The translations under genes and the position numbers were made by a program. 64,000 nucleotides of DNA from Candidatus Multivoradales bacterium. Lineage in GTDB: Bacteria; Acidobacteriota; Thermoanaerobaculia; Multivoradales; J023. Below the pieces are notes generated by a model. That model saw only the letters and a list, made by a program, of their open reading frames with translations, made no database searches and was not told the origin of the DNA. How positions within the stretch are numbered: the first letter of the stretch is position 1; the number at the start of each line of letters is the position of its first letter. The stretch spans positions 3,712,001 to 3,776,000 of the forward strand of contig CBDFLE010000006.1 in the NCBI GenBank assembly GCA_965248925.1. The letters are read 5' to 3'. This document shows, piece after piece, positions 10,168 to 20,031 of this stretch.

Positions 10168-11595
10168 ATGGATCTGAACCAGCTACTCAAGATCATGACC
10201 CGGCAGGGGGCGTCGGACCTGCACCTGAAACCCACCCGCCCCCCCTTGATGCGCCTCGATGGCAAGCTGCGCCCGCTCAAGGCACCGGCCATCGAGCTAG
10301 CCGAGATCGAGACTTTGGTAGAAGATCTTTTGACCCCGCAGCAGCGAGTCAAGCTGGAAGAGACTTTGTCGGTCGATCTTGGCTATGGCGTGCCGGGAAT
10401 CGCCCGCTTCCGCGGCAACATCTACCATCAGCGCGGCAACCTGGCCTGCTGCTTTCGCCGGGTGCCGTACAAAATCAAGTCGGTCGAGGAACTCGACTTA
10501 CCCCAGGTGTTGCTCGATTTCTGCCATTTGCCGATGGGCCTGGTGTTGGTTACCGGTCCCACCGGTAGCGGTAAGTCCACTACCTTGGCGGCCTTGATCA
10601 AGTACATCTCGAACACCCGTCCAGCGCATGTGATTACCATAGAAGACCCCATCGAGTTCCTGTTCTCCGACGGCAAGGCGTCGATCTCCCAGCGCGAGTT
10701 GGGCACCGACACCTACAGCTTCAAAGAGGCCTTACGCAATTCCTTGCGTCAGGATCCCGACGTCATCATGGTCGGTGAGATGCGCGACCCCGAGACCATC
10801 GAGACGGTGATCACCGCCGCCGAGACCGGGCATTTGGTGTTCTCCACCCTGCATACCAACAGTGCTACCCAGACTATCGACCGGATCCTCGACACCTTCC
10901 CCGGCGACCAGCAGAGTTTGGTCCGAGCCCAGCTGGCGTTGGTGCTCAAGGGTGTGGTGTCGATGAAATTGGTGACCCGCCGCGAGGGAGAAGGCCGGGT
11001 GGCGGCGTTGGAGATCATGCGCGGTTCGCCGCGAGTTTCTGAATTGATCGAGAAAGGCAAGACCTCCGAGTTACTCGAAGAGGTCGAGTCGTCAGTAGGC
11101 TACTACCGCATGCAGAGTATGAACCAGTCTCTGCTCGCCCTGATGGTGCGCAACACCATCAGCTATCAGGAAGCGATGGAGCAGTCGTCAGATCCTGAAG
11201 ATCTGTCACTCAAACTGCGTAAGATGTTTCCCAATCTCGAAGTTAAAGGAGGCGAGGTGGCAAGTTCCGATTTTGCCGAGATTCAAGAGCTGCAACAGTT
11301 TCGCAAGCTCTACGAAGAGCAAGAAGAAAAGAACAAGCTGCGCCTGGGGGACAAAGACGAGGAACTCCAGAATATGGCAGCATCGCTCGCCGATCGCGAT
11401 CAGCGAATCCGCGAGCTCGACGAACGCACCCAGGAGATGCGTCAGGAGTCCGACCGCATGCGATCCGACTACGGCCGCCTCAAAGAAGAAGCCGAGGGCA
11501 AGATCAAGAAGCTGATGGAGCGCATCAAAGATCTCAATCAGCGCCTTAACCCCAGCGGCAGCGCCGGCGACAAGAAGTCGGGCATCTTCCGCTAG
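10168..11595 (+). CDS. pilT: PilT/PilU-family type IV pilus retraction ATPase with C-terminal coiled coil
   Basis: GASDLHL, GPTGSGKST, TIEDPIE, LRQDPDVIMVGEMRD, AETGHLVFSTLH; about 110-aa charged helical extension. Confidence 0.88.
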   Translation: MDLNQLLKIMTRQGASDLHLKPTRPPLMRLDGKLRPLKAPAIELAEIETLVEDLLTPQQRVKLEETLSVDLGYGVPGIARFRGNIYHQRGNLACCFRRVPYKIKSVEELDLPQVLLDFCHLPMGLVLVTGPTGSGKSTTLAALIKYISNTRPAHVITIEDPIEFLFSDGKASISQRELGTDTYSFKEALRNSLRQDPDVIMVGEMRDPETIETVITAAETGHLVFSTLHTNSATQTIDRILDTFPGDQQSLVRAQLALVLKGVVSMKLVTRREGEGRVAALEIMRGSPRVSELIEKGKTSELLEEVESSVGYYRMQSMNQSLLALMVRNTISYQEAMEQSSDPEDLSLKLRKMFPNLEVKGGEVASSDFAEIQELQQFRKLYEEQEEKNKLRLGDKDEELQNMAASLADRDQRIRELDERTQEMRQESDRMRSDYGRLKEEAEGKIKKLMERIKDLNQRLNPSGSAGDKKSGIFR

Positions 11596-11599
11596 CTGG

Positions 11600-11734
11600 T
11601 CAGCGCCTTGTGGCAGAAGGAGTCTTCTTGGGTTTTGCCGTCTTCTCTTTCTGAACGTCGATCTTTTTCGTTGTTGGGGGCTGTTTCGGCCAGGGCTTGG
11701 GTGGCTTTGGGTAAACCCGCTTGATGGTCGACAT
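11600..11734 (-). CDS. Putative 44-aa Lys/Pro-rich peptide
   Basis: MSTIKRVYPKPPKPWPKQPPTTKKIDVQKEKTAKPKKTPSATRR; its ATG overlaps the upstream stop (TGATG). Confidence 0.45.
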   Translation of the reverse strand: MSTIKRVYPKPPKPWPKQPPTTKKIDVQKEKTAKPKKTPSATRR

Positions 11735-12225
11735 CAAGTCACAGCTTCCAACTGGCGACCCCGCAGAGTCGCGGCTTGTGCCTTCTCCATCAGATGATGG
11801 ATCGCCGGTAGGCCGGCCACCGCGCTTTCATCGAGCTTGGCCACCCGAGTCTGCAACTCTTGCGAACGCTCTAGGGCCTTGGCGTCGTCTAGCGTACTCA
11901 GCTCCAGCCAGAGCTGGTCGTAGTCGGCCTCTATCTCTGTCCACTGGCGAGCCACCGCCGCGGCCGGAGCTACTGAATCACCATGGCGAAAGCCGGCAAG
12001 GCAAGCACCTGCTAGAGCCGCTGCCACCGCGAGGATCTTGCCGGCCCCGGGCCACGGCGAGAAAAGCGAGATCGCGGCTGACGAAGAGAGTACTGCGACA
12101 GCCAACGAGATCCACCGATCGAATCTTCGATTTCGCTCTGCCAACAGCTGGAAGTAGCGTACTCCGTAGTCGGCGTCTAATAGGCGCTCGTAGATTAGGG
12201 ACTGAACATCGTCGTGCATGTCCAT
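11734..12225 (-). CDS. Two-TM hypothetical protein, SLATT-like architecture
   Basis: Helix, two adjacent hydrophobic segments (WISLAVAVLSSSAAISLF; ILAVAAALAGACLAGF), then a helical C-terminus. Confidence 0.6.
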   Translation of the reverse strand: MDMHDDVQSLIYERLLDADYGVRYFQLLAERNRRFDRWISLAVAVLSSSAAISLFSPWPGAGKILAVAAALAGACLAGFRHGDSVAPAAAVARQWTEIEADYDQLWLELSTLDDAKALERSQELQTRVAKLDESAVAGLPAIHHLMEKAQAATLRGRQLEAVT

Positions 12226-12351
12226 CCCATCCTATCGCAGTCTGAGAGTTCCCATGCCCCAGCGCTCACTCAACCTCCGTCCAACCGACGGCTTACGCCG
12301 TCCTCGGTTGCAAGACCGGGGTCACCACAGTTAAACTCCTGCCTTAGTAAT

Positions 12352-12657
12352 ATGTCTCTAACTATCGATGAAATCAGGAAGATCGCTACCCTCGCCCAGC
12401 TCGAGCTGGGGCCGGGCGAAGAGGCTGTGCTCACCGAACAGCTGGCGCGGATCGTCGGCTACGTGGATCAGCTCCAAGATGTCGAGCGGGCCGAGCCGGT
12501 GCTCGCCACTGGCAGTTCTCGTCTGGCTCGCGACGAGCCTCTTCCGTGCCTTGAGCGGGCGACTTTCGAAGCCAACGCACCGCAGCGTCAGGATGGCTAT
12601 CTGGTGGTGCCTCAGGTCAAGAAGGTGGGCAAAGGCACAGCGGGCGGTGGCGGGTGA
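12352..12657 (+). CDS. gatC: Asp/Glu-tRNA amidotransferase subunit C
   Basis: MSLTIDEIRKIATLAQL...NAPQRQDGYLVVP; directly upstream of gatA. Confidence 0.9.
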   Translation: MSLTIDEIRKIATLAQLELGPGEEAVLTEQLARIVGYVDQLQDVERAEPVLATGSSRLARDEPLPCLERATFEANAPQRQDGYLVVPQVKKVGKGTAGGGG

Positions 12658-14129
12658 GGGAGCTGCACCAGCTGTCCGCCACCGAGATCGCTGCCGGAGT
12701 GCGCGCGGGTGAGTTTTCGGCGGTCGAGGTGTTCGATGCCTGTTGCCGGCGAACCGAGCAGGTCGAGCCGCGGGTCAACGCCTATCTGCGTTTCGACCCG
12801 GCAGGCCGCGAGCGGGCGCTCGACATCGATCGCCGGCGGCAGGCTGGTGAGCAGCTCGGACCGTTGGCGGGGGTGCCCGTGGCGCTGAAGGACAATTTAT
12901 CGTTGGCCGGCCAGCCGCTGACCTGTGGCTCGCGAATTCTTGAAGGCTACGTCGCCCCCTACACTGCGACCGCGGTCGAGCGATTGTTGGGGGCCGGCGC
13001 GGTGCCTCTGGGTCAATGCAACATGGATGAGTTCGCGATGGGCTCGTCGTGTGAGAACTCGGCCTTTGGGCCGACCCACAACCCCTGGCATTTGGGAAAA
13101 GTTCCTGGTGGCTCAAGTGGTGGTCCGGCGGCGGCGGTGGCGGCCGGCAGCGTGCCGCTGGCGCTAGGCTCCGACACTGGAGGTTCGATCCGCCAACCGG
13201 CGGCGATGTGTGGCGTAGTGGGGCTCAAGCCCAGTTGGGGCCGGGTGTCGCGTTACGGCCTGGTGGCGTTTGCTTCGTCGACTGACCAGATTGGCCCGCT
13301 GACGCGGACGGTCGAGGACTCCGCCCTTGCTCTGGGAGTGATGGCTGGGGCCGACAGCAACGATTCAACCTGTTCTGCGCGGCCACTAGACGACTATCAA
13401 GGAAGCCTCGGCGAGGGCGTCGAGGGGTTGCGGATCGGTTTTGTGTCAGAAGTCGATAGCGACGACATGGATGCCGCGAGTCAGGCGAATTGGGCGGCGG
13501 CGCGCCAGACTCTGAAGAGCCTCGGTGCCCGCCTCGAAGAGGTTTCGCTGCCCAGCCTGGAATTAGCGGTCGCTTGCTACTACATCGTTGCCCCCAGCGA
13601 GGCCAGCGCCAATCTGGCTCGCTTCGATGGCGTGCGCTATGGCCGTCGGGCAGCCTCGGATCGGGGGCTAGCGGGCCTCTACCAGCAAAGCCGCAGTGAG
13701 GGTTTCGGAGCCGAGGTCAAGCTCCGCATCATGCTCGGAACTTTTGCCTTATCTTCCGGCTACTACGACGCTTACTACGGTCGCGCCCAGGGGGTCCGCG
13801 AGATCTTGCGGGCCGAGATGGCAGCGGCGTTCGAGCGCGTCGACGTGCTAGTGACGCCGACCACTCCCGGCGGGGCTTTCAAACTGGGAGAGCGTACCGA
13901 GGAACCACTGGCGATGTACTTGTCGGACATCTACACCACGCCGGCCAGCCTGGTGGGTTTGCCTGCTGTATCAGTACCCAGCGGGCTCGACTCCTCGGGC
14001 ATGCCCTTAGCGTTGCAGATAACCGCGCCACCTTTTGCCGAAGCCCTCGCATTGCGTGTGGGTCGGGCTTTCGAGCAGGTGGTTGGATTCGCCCTGGAGC
14101 CTGGTTTTGTGCCGACCGAGAACAGCTAA
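12654..14129 (+). CDS. gatA: Asp/Glu-tRNA amidotransferase subunit A
   Basis: KDN, NMDEFAMGSS, PGGSSGG, GSDTGGSIRQPA, RIMLGTFALSSGYYDAYY. Confidence 0.97.
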   Translation: MRELHQLSATEIAAGVRAGEFSAVEVFDACCRRTEQVEPRVNAYLRFDPAGRERALDIDRRRQAGEQLGPLAGVPVALKDNLSLAGQPLTCGSRILEGYVAPYTATAVERLLGAGAVPLGQCNMDEFAMGSSCENSAFGPTHNPWHLGKVPGGSSGGPAAAVAAGSVPLALGSDTGGSIRQPAAMCGVVGLKPSWGRVSRYGLVAFASSTDQIGPLTRTVEDSALALGVMAGADSNDSTCSARPLDDYQGSLGEGVEGLRIGFVSEVDSDDMDAASQANWAAARQTLKSLGARLEEVSLPSLELAVACYYIVAPSEASANLARFDGVRYGRRAASDRGLAGLYQQSRSEGFGAEVKLRIMLGTFALSSGYYDAYYGRAQGVREILRAEMAAAFERVDVLVTPTTPGGAFKLGERTEEPLAMYLSDIYTTPASLVGLPAVSVPSGLDSSGMPLALQITAPPFAEALALRVGRAFEQVVGFALEPGFVPTENS

Positions 14130-14166
14130 GCCGCCGTTCTGGCGACTGTCTGTCGATGGCTGGCGG

Positions 14167-15960
14167 ATGCTGTCGATCGCCGTACTGGCGATCTTGCTGT
14201 GGGTCGATATCGCTGCTGCGGCCACCGTTCGCCGTTCTCTTGATGGCGGCCAGCGGGCCTCGATCAACGATCGGCAAGAGATCATTCTCGAGGCCCCGCC
14301 GCTGCGCGGTGAGGGATTGTGGGCATTCGTCAAACGGCTGACCGGGAGCACCCGCAATAGCGAGCAGTTTCGCCGCGCTAACGGCCGTCCGCGGCAGCTG
14401 CTCCGTGGCGTGCGCTACAAAGTGCCCTACGAACTATTGCGCGAAGAGCACAAGCTGCGGGTAGTGCATGCCCTTTTCGCCGAAGATCGGGTGGTCGACG
14501 GTGGCTGGGCGCACAAGATCGACCGGCGCAATAGGGGCCAGAGCCTGTGGCATATCGCCACTTGGTTTACCGGCAGAGGTGAGAATTTCGCCAAAATCCG
14601 AAAGCACAACCGCTTGCGCGACAACGATGTCTATCCTGGGCAGGTGTTGGTGATTCCGGAAGGTCTGCTGCTACCGGTGTTTCGCCGCGAAGTGGCCGCC
14701 CAGCAAGTCGCTGCTAGCCCGCCTCCGGCCGCGCCTTTGCCGAAGTCACCGCCTCCGGCAGCGGCTCCCCAGGCCACTGCCAGAGTGACGGTTCGCGGCC
14801 ACCGTCTCGAATATGTCGAAGACAGTAGTGGCAAATACGCCATCTACCACCTGGCTCAGGGCGAAGCGCTGTACTCGAGTGTTGTGGTTCGCTTCACCGG
14901 TCGCACCATTGGCGAGGATGTCAATCGACTGGCTAGCGAGATTGCTGGCTTGAACGGCATCCGCGATGTCACTGACATTCCCGTCGGTCGAGGGGTGAAG
15001 ATCCCCTTCGAGTTGCTGACCCCCGAGTTCCTGCCTGCGGATGATCCACAGCGGCAGGAATGGGAAAAAGTTCAGGCGGCGGCGGCCAAGTATGGCAATA
15101 CGGTGCGAGCGACTCGCCTCGAAGGCATCACCGTGGTGCTCGATGCTGGCCATGGCGGCGTCGACCCCGGAGTATCCAACGGCAGCATGTGGGAGAGCGT
15201 CTACGTCTACGACATCATGGTGCGGATGAAGAAGATCCTGGAGACCACCACCGCGGCGCGGGTGGTGCCGACGGTTCGTGACGGCAAGAGCTTTCAACTA
15301 GCCGAGCGCGACGTGTTGCCGCGCTCCCGCGGCCACCTGGTGCTGACCACACCAGCGTACGCTATCGCCGAGCCCAAGGTGGCGACCAACCTTCGCTGGT
15401 ATCTGGCTAACAGCGTGCACCGCCAGGTCAACCGTCAGAGCGACGACGGCAAGGTGATCTTCATCTCCCTGCATGCGGATTCGCGCCATCCTTCGATGCG
15501 CGGCGCGATGGGCTACATTCCGGCGACTAGCCTGCGTACAGGCGAGTTCGGCCGCTCGACCTCGGTCTACACCAAGCGCAAGGAAGTTCGTGAACGACCG
15601 CGGGTGAGCTTCAGCTGGAAAGAGCGGACTCGCAGCGAGGGCTTGTCACGCCAGTTGGCGAGCAAACTGATGACCGGCTTTCGTCGACACCAGCTGCCAG
15701 TGGCGCCGGAAAAACCAATTCGCGACCGGGTCATCCGCAGCCGGCGCTGGGTTTATGTGCCGGCGGTGCTGCGCTACAACAGTGTGCCAGCCAAAGTGCT
15801 GTTCGAAGTCGCCAACATGAACAACGGCGAAGATCGGCGGCAGCTAAAGACCCGAGCCTACCGCCAGCGAATGGCCGAGGCTCTGGTCGAGGGCATCCTC
15901 GAATACTACGGTCAGGCTCCCGATGGAGCCATCGGCCAAGTGGCAGCTCGGGCGCGCTAG
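14167..15960 (+). CDS. N-acetylmuramoyl-L-alanine amidase (Amidase_3) with LysM-like domains
   Basis: Signal peptide; LysM-like GQSLWHIA...VYPGQVLVIP; VVLDAGHGG, ISLHAD, VLFEVANM; start uncertain. Confidence 0.85.
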   Translation: MLSIAVLAILLWVDIAAAATVRRSLDGGQRASINDRQEIILEAPPLRGEGLWAFVKRLTGSTRNSEQFRRANGRPRQLLRGVRYKVPYELLREEHKLRVVHALFAEDRVVDGGWAHKIDRRNRGQSLWHIATWFTGRGENFAKIRKHNRLRDNDVYPGQVLVIPEGLLLPVFRREVAAQQVAASPPPAAPLPKSPPPAAAPQATARVTVRGHRLEYVEDSSGKYAIYHLAQGEALYSSVVVRFTGRTIGEDVNRLASEIAGLNGIRDVTDIPVGRGVKIPFELLTPEFLPADDPQRQEWEKVQAAAAKYGNTVRATRLEGITVVLDAGHGGVDPGVSNGSMWESVYVYDIMVRMKKILETTTAARVVPTVRDGKSFQLAERDVLPRSRGHLVLTTPAYAIAEPKVATNLRWYLANSVHRQVNRQSDDGKVIFISLHADSRHPSMRGAMGYIPATSLRTGEFGRSTSVYTKRKEVRERPRVSFSWKERTRSEGLSRQLASKLMTGFRRHQLPVAPEKPIRDRVIRSRRWVYVPAVLRYNSVPAKVLFEVANMNNGEDRRQLKTRAYRQRMAEALVEGILEYYGQAPDGAIGQVAARAR

Positions 15961-15994
15961 GCATCCAGAAAAGTCGAGGAATAGTCGATTTTCG

Positions 15995-16022
15995 GGAACT
16001 AAGTTCGACCCGGCAGAGTCTG
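15995..16022 (+). promoter_or_regulatory. Putative ECF (sigmaE-like) autoregulatory promoter
   Basis: GGAACT-17 nt-GTCTG upstream of the ECF sigma gene. Confidence 0.5.
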
Positions 16023-16069
16023 GATCAACGACCGGAGTCGACCCTTCATTTCGGCGGTTCAGGAGATTC

Positions 16070-16711
16070 ATGGAGGCCACACGTTCCGCCAAGGCGGAGC
16101 CAAGATCAGCAGCCTCGACGCCCCGCAAGGAGCGTTCCGCCGGTGCCGGTTGGTCGTCAACCTCCGAGTCCGACCTGGTGCAGCGGCATCGCTACGGCGA
16201 CCCCCAAGCCTTCGAAGAGATTTATGAAGAGTTCGCCGGCCTGGTCTACAACCTGGCCCTACGAATGTCGGGTCGGCCCGGCAATGCCGAGGACCTCAGT
16301 CAAGAGGTCTTTCTGCGTATACACCGTTACCTCGGACGTTTCAACGGTCGCTCATCACTCAAGACTTGGGTCTATCGCGTGACACTCAATCACTGCCGCA
16401 GCCGCTTGGGGCGCAAGAAGATCCCCATCCAATCGCTGGCCGAAGACACCGAGGACGGTCGCGGTGTGAAGCTGCGTGAGACCCGTCGCAATCCCGAACA
16501 GCGGGCCATGGCCAGCGACGTGTCGCGGCAGATCTCCGCGGCTCTGCCGCAGATTAAAGCGGTGTACCGCGAAGCCTTGATCCTGCGCGATCTCGAAGAG
16601 CTGACTTACCAAGAGATCGCCAAGGTGCTAGGAGTGCGCATGGGGACCGTGCGTTCTCGCATCGCCCGCGGCCGCGACCAGTTGCGGCGGGTCCTCGGGA
16701 GGGCACCATGA
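16070..16711 (+). CDS. ECF sigma-70 factor
   Basis: AEDLSQEVFLRI, FNGRSSLKTWVYR, LTYQEIAKVLG...GTVRSRIARGR; AGGAG SD before ATG 16070. Confidence 0.92.
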   Translation: MEATRSAKAEPRSAASTPRKERSAGAGWSSTSESDLVQRHRYGDPQAFEEIYEEFAGLVYNLALRMSGRPGNAEDLSQEVFLRIHRYLGRFNGRSSLKTWVYRVTLNHCRSRLGRKKIPIQSLAEDTEDGRGVKLRETRRNPEQRAMASDVSRQISAALPQIKAVYREALILRDLEELTYQEIAKVLGVRMGTVRSRIARGRDQLRRVLGRAP

Positions 16712-17457
16712 GGCCGTTTCGCGCCGAGCATCCCTCGTTAGAGCAGTTGTCGGCCTATCTTGACCAAGAACTCCCCGGCAATGAGCAAGAGTGGGTGCAA
16801 GTCCATCTTGATGGTTGTGCTCCTTGCCGCCAGCGCTTCGACGAGCTGCAAGGGGTGGCCGGCGGGATGCGTGGACTGCGGCGGGTCGAGCCGCCCCAAT
16901 CTCTCGACCTGTGGGTGAGCCAGAGTATCGAGTTTGCAGGGCACAGAGAGAACCTGATGGACCAACTAGAAGGGCGCCTGCGTGGCATCTCCAGTCCCCA
17001 ATCCTACTTCCTGCCTTTGTTCGCGGTGATCATCATGCTGGCGGTAGTGAGCTACTTCTTTGCCTATGGATTTGACAGCCATCACGGTCAGGTGCTCACC
17101 CCGGTGTATTTCCCCACCGATGGAGGGATGTTGATCGACAACCGTCCGTCGCAATCCCCGCCGCCTCTAAATCACCGCACCTGGGCAGCTGGCCGCTCGC
17201 TGACCTGGGATGGCGAGAGATGGGTCGAAGAAGGTCTCAGGCTAGACGACCTGGCCAACGCCCGCGTCATCTGGGTTGATTCCGTCGAAGGTAGGCGCTT
17301 ATTGGCCGAGGGTTCAGAGCTAGCCGAGATGGCCAAGGCCCGGCGGCCGGTGGTGGTCCGCATGGGCCCGGAGGTGATCGAGCTGCGAGCGACGCAGCCC
17401 GTGCCGCTGCCACCGGAGGAAGCCGCCCACCGGTCCGAGGGCAGCTCGGCGCCATAG
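16708..17457 (+). CDS. Anti-sigma factor, zf-HC2 plus TM
   Basis: LSAYLD...HLDGCAPC; central TM helix; ATGA overlap with the sigma gene. Confidence 0.85.
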   Translation: MRPFRAEHPSLEQLSAYLDQELPGNEQEWVQVHLDGCAPCRQRFDELQGVAGGMRGLRRVEPPQSLDLWVSQSIEFAGHRENLMDQLEGRLRGISSPQSYFLPLFAVIIMLAVVSYFFAYGFDSHHGQVLTPVYFPTDGGMLIDNRPSQSPPPLNHRTWAAGRSLTWDGERWVEEGLRLDDLANARVIWVDSVEGRRLLAEGSELAEMAKARRPVVVRMGPEVIELRATQPVPLPPEEAAHRSEGSSAP

Positions 17458-17643
17458 ACCTCCGCACTTATCGCGTCGGCTGGCGGCGTTTCTTTGTCCA
17501 GCGATCTCTTGGTAGGTTCTCCTGTTCGAAAAGTTCACTTCAGAATGCAACTTTTGACAGGAGTTCCGTAAGACATCGCCGCGCCCCGTCTGGCCAAGCG
17601 GCCGGATCTGTTGCATGGTGATTCCTCAAAAGGAGGAACCGTT

Positions 17644-18018
17644 ATGGAACAACGAATTGCGAGCTTTCGTCATCAGGTCGAGGTCTACTTTGGCTGCCGC
17701 CCAGGCCGCGGATGTCGGTATCCGGCTTCCCTTCGGGCAGAAGCCGTGGAAGTTGCTTTGGAAGCGCAGTCCAACGGCGATCGGTTGGGCCGGGTGGCCG
17801 CTGCTTTGGGAGTCGGCGTCGACACGCTCCGCCGCTGGATCGAGGCAGCGCCGCCGAGGCCGATTCAGCTGCGGGCGGTCGAAGTCGTAGAGGCCGACGA
17901 AGTAGCAATCATGAATCGAAGCCATCGAGAGGGCTTGGTCCTGGTGACTGTCGCTGGCCACCGCGTGGAGGGCCTGGCTCTGGCCGACGTGGCATTGCTG
18001 CTGGAAGCGCTCGGATGA
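17644..18018 (+). CDS. tnpA: IS66 accessory protein TnpA (HTH)
   Basis: RYPASLRAEAV...VAAALGVGVDTLRRW; AGGAGG SD. Confidence 0.8.
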   Translation: MEQRIASFRHQVEVYFGCRPGRGCRYPASLRAEAVEVALEAQSNGDRLGRVAAALGVGVDTLRRWIEAAPPRPIQLRAVEVVEADEVAIMNRSHREGLVLVTVAGHRVEGLALADVALLLEALG

Positions 18019-18389
18019 TCGGCTCGACCCGCCGGGTCAGCGTCTACGCCTTCGGTGCGCCTGCCGACCTCCGCAAGGGGTTCGACGGTCTCTCGGGTCT
18101 GGTGACCGGCGAGCTTGACCAAGACCCTCTCTCAGGCGATCTGTTCCTATTCGTCAATCGGGCGCAAACCCTCGCGAAGGTTCTGGTCTGGGACGGTACC
18201 GGGCTCTGTGTCTACAGCAAGCGGCTCGAGCAGGGGCGGTTTGCCTGTCTGTGGCGCGAACGGGAAGAGGACCGGCTGCGGCTGACTATGAGTGAGCTGG
18301 CCTTGTTCTTGGAGGGCAGCAAGCTGATCGGAAAGATGAGGCTCTCGCCGCCCCTATTTGTGAGGAAAAAGGTTGCTGACGCAGCCTGA
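18015..18389 (+). CDS. tnpB: IS66 accessory protein TnpB
   Basis: DLRKGFDGL, LFLFVNR, KVLVWDGTGLCVYSKRLEQGRF. Confidence 0.93.
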   Translation: MIGSTRRVSVYAFGAPADLRKGFDGLSGLVTGELDQDPLSGDLFLFVNRAQTLAKVLVWDGTGLCVYSKRLEQGRFACLWREREEDRLRLTMSELALFLEGSKLIGKMRLSPPLFVRKKVADAA

Positions 18390-18410
18390 TTTCTGATCTA
18401 TAATAGACGC

Positions 18411-19946
18411 ATGCTTCGGATCGAGAACGAACAGCGCCCCGACGTTCTGCGTCAAATTGCGCTGCTGCTCGATCGCGAGAATCGACACCTGCACGAGCGC
18501 ATCAAGAATCTGATAGTTAGCAACGCACATCTTGCAGGGGCCGGCGCTGCTACCCTGCAACTTGAGCTTGAGCAACTGCAGGAGATTCTCGCTCAACGCG
18601 AGCGAAAGATCTTCGGCCCGTCCTCGGAGAAACGCCCCAGGACGCGGACCCCAGCGTCGGAGCGTAAGCCGCAGACCGGCCACGGGCCGACTCCGCAGCC
18701 CTTGCTGCCAGTGGTCGAGAAACTCCTCGAGCTACCCATTGCAGAGCAGGTTTGCCCGACCTGCGACGGCTCCCTTCAGCCGATGGGTGATCAGACGGAA
18801 GATTCCGACGAGATCTCCGTAGTCCGGCGACACTTCATCATGGTCAAGCACCAGCGTCAGAAGTATCGCTGTCGCTGCAACGCGGCAGTGGTCACGGCGC
18901 CAGCGCTGCCAAAGCTGATCCCTGGAGGGCGCTATGCACCAGAGTTCGCGGTCGAGGTGGCAATCAGCAAATACCTTGACCATGCACCTCTTGAGCGCCA
19001 GAGCCGAAGCATGGCGCGGGAAGGGCTGAACGTCAGCTCGCAGACTCTGTGGGACCAGATCGAAGCTTTGGCCAGGGTGCTGACGCCGAGCTACCTGGCT
19101 CTGCATGACAAGGTGCTCATGGCTCCGGTGGTCCACGCCGACGAGACTCACTGGCGGCTGGTGACTCGTCAAGAAAATTCCAAGTGGTGGGTGTGGAGCG
19201 TGGCCAATCGGCAGGCGGTGTTCTATCGATTGTGCGGAACTCGCTCGGAAAAATCTGCCAGGTCGATCCTCTCTGGTTATCAGGGCATCGTGGTGTGCGA
19301 CGGATACTCGGCCTACAAGGCTCTGGCCAAGAGTGAGGCCAAGAGGGACGATCAGTCGGCATCCCGCGCCGGTCCTGGATTCACACTGGCCCACTGCTGG
19401 GCACACGCACGAAGAAAATTCGCCGACGCAGAGCACAACTACCCGAAACACTGTGGTCAAGCGCTGGACATGATCAGCGATCTTTTCAAAGTGGAGCGGA
19501 AGGTACCGGCTATCCAAGTTCCGGAGCCGCAAGAGCTTCTGGATCTGCGCCTGAAGCTGCGCGCCGAGCACTCCGGGCCCATTCTCAAAAAGCTGCAAGC
19601 TTGGGCTATGGAGACCAGACCCGTAGCCCTGCCGCGCAGCGGATTGGGCAAGGCAGTCAACTACCTGCTCGGCCATTGGAAAGGGCTAACGCGTTTTCTT
19701 GAAAACCCCCTAATTCCCCTCGACAACAACCTTGCAGAGCGGGAGCTGCGAGGCGTCGTCATCGGACGCAAGAACCACTACGGGTCGCGCTCCAAGCGGG
19801 GAACCGAGGTCGCGGCGATCCTCTACAGCCTCACCGAGAGCGCCAAGCTTGCCGGCGATGAGCCCTACGCGTACCTGCTCAAGGCGACTCGGGCCGCTCT
19901 CGAAAAACCCGGCACCGTCACCCTGCCGGCCATTCCCGGCGATTGA
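18411..19946 (+). CDS. tnpC: IS66 DDE transposase TnpC
   Basis: CPTC zinc finger, HADET, CDGYSAY, HCWAHARRKF, DNNLAERELR. Confidence 0.95.
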   Translation: MLRIENEQRPDVLRQIALLLDRENRHLHERIKNLIVSNAHLAGAGAATLQLELEQLQEILAQRERKIFGPSSEKRPRTRTPASERKPQTGHGPTPQPLLPVVEKLLELPIAEQVCPTCDGSLQPMGDQTEDSDEISVVRRHFIMVKHQRQKYRCRCNAAVVTAPALPKLIPGGRYAPEFAVEVAISKYLDHAPLERQSRSMAREGLNVSSQTLWDQIEALARVLTPSYLALHDKVLMAPVVHADETHWRLVTRQENSKWWVWSVANRQAVFYRLCGTRSEKSARSILSGYQGIVVCDGYSAYKALAKSEAKRDDQSASRAGPGFTLAHCWAHARRKFADAEHNYPKHCGQALDMISDLFKVERKVPAIQVPEPQELLDLRLKLRAEHSGPILKKLQAWAMETRPVALPRSGLGKAVNYLLGHWKGLTRFLENPLIPLDNNLAERELRGVVIGRKNHYGSRSKRGTEVAAILYSLTESAKLAGDEPYAYLLKATRAALEKPGTVTLPAIPGD

Positions 19947-20031
19947 CCGCCGAACGACGCAACTCGCTACCCGACTGAGGCCAATCTGTCCAGGTGGGGC
20001 GGGGCGAGGTCTTACGGAGTTCCAACCACCC

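Larger units (their letters stand above)
17568..20015 (+). mobile_element. Complete IS66-family insertion sequence
   Basis: Terminal IRs GTAAGACATCGCCGCGCCCCGTCTGG (17568-17593) and the reverse complement of 19990-20015 match at 22/26; 8-bp TSD GGAGTTCC at 17560-17567 and 20016-20023; tnpA-tnpB-tnpC order. Confidence 0.95.

Noticed and set aside
17516-17536. LexA box (GTTC-N7-GTTC) upstream of the recombinase
   Set aside because: Three GTTC occur, but with spacings of 4 and 5 nt, not 7; none is found upstream of lexA either.
19732-20031. N-terminal extension of the recombinase in the ORF track (similarly for 40824-43742, 50038-51774, 35654-37210)
   Set aside because: The extensions overlap the IS end or neighbouring genes; better starts with SD or coupling exist downstream.
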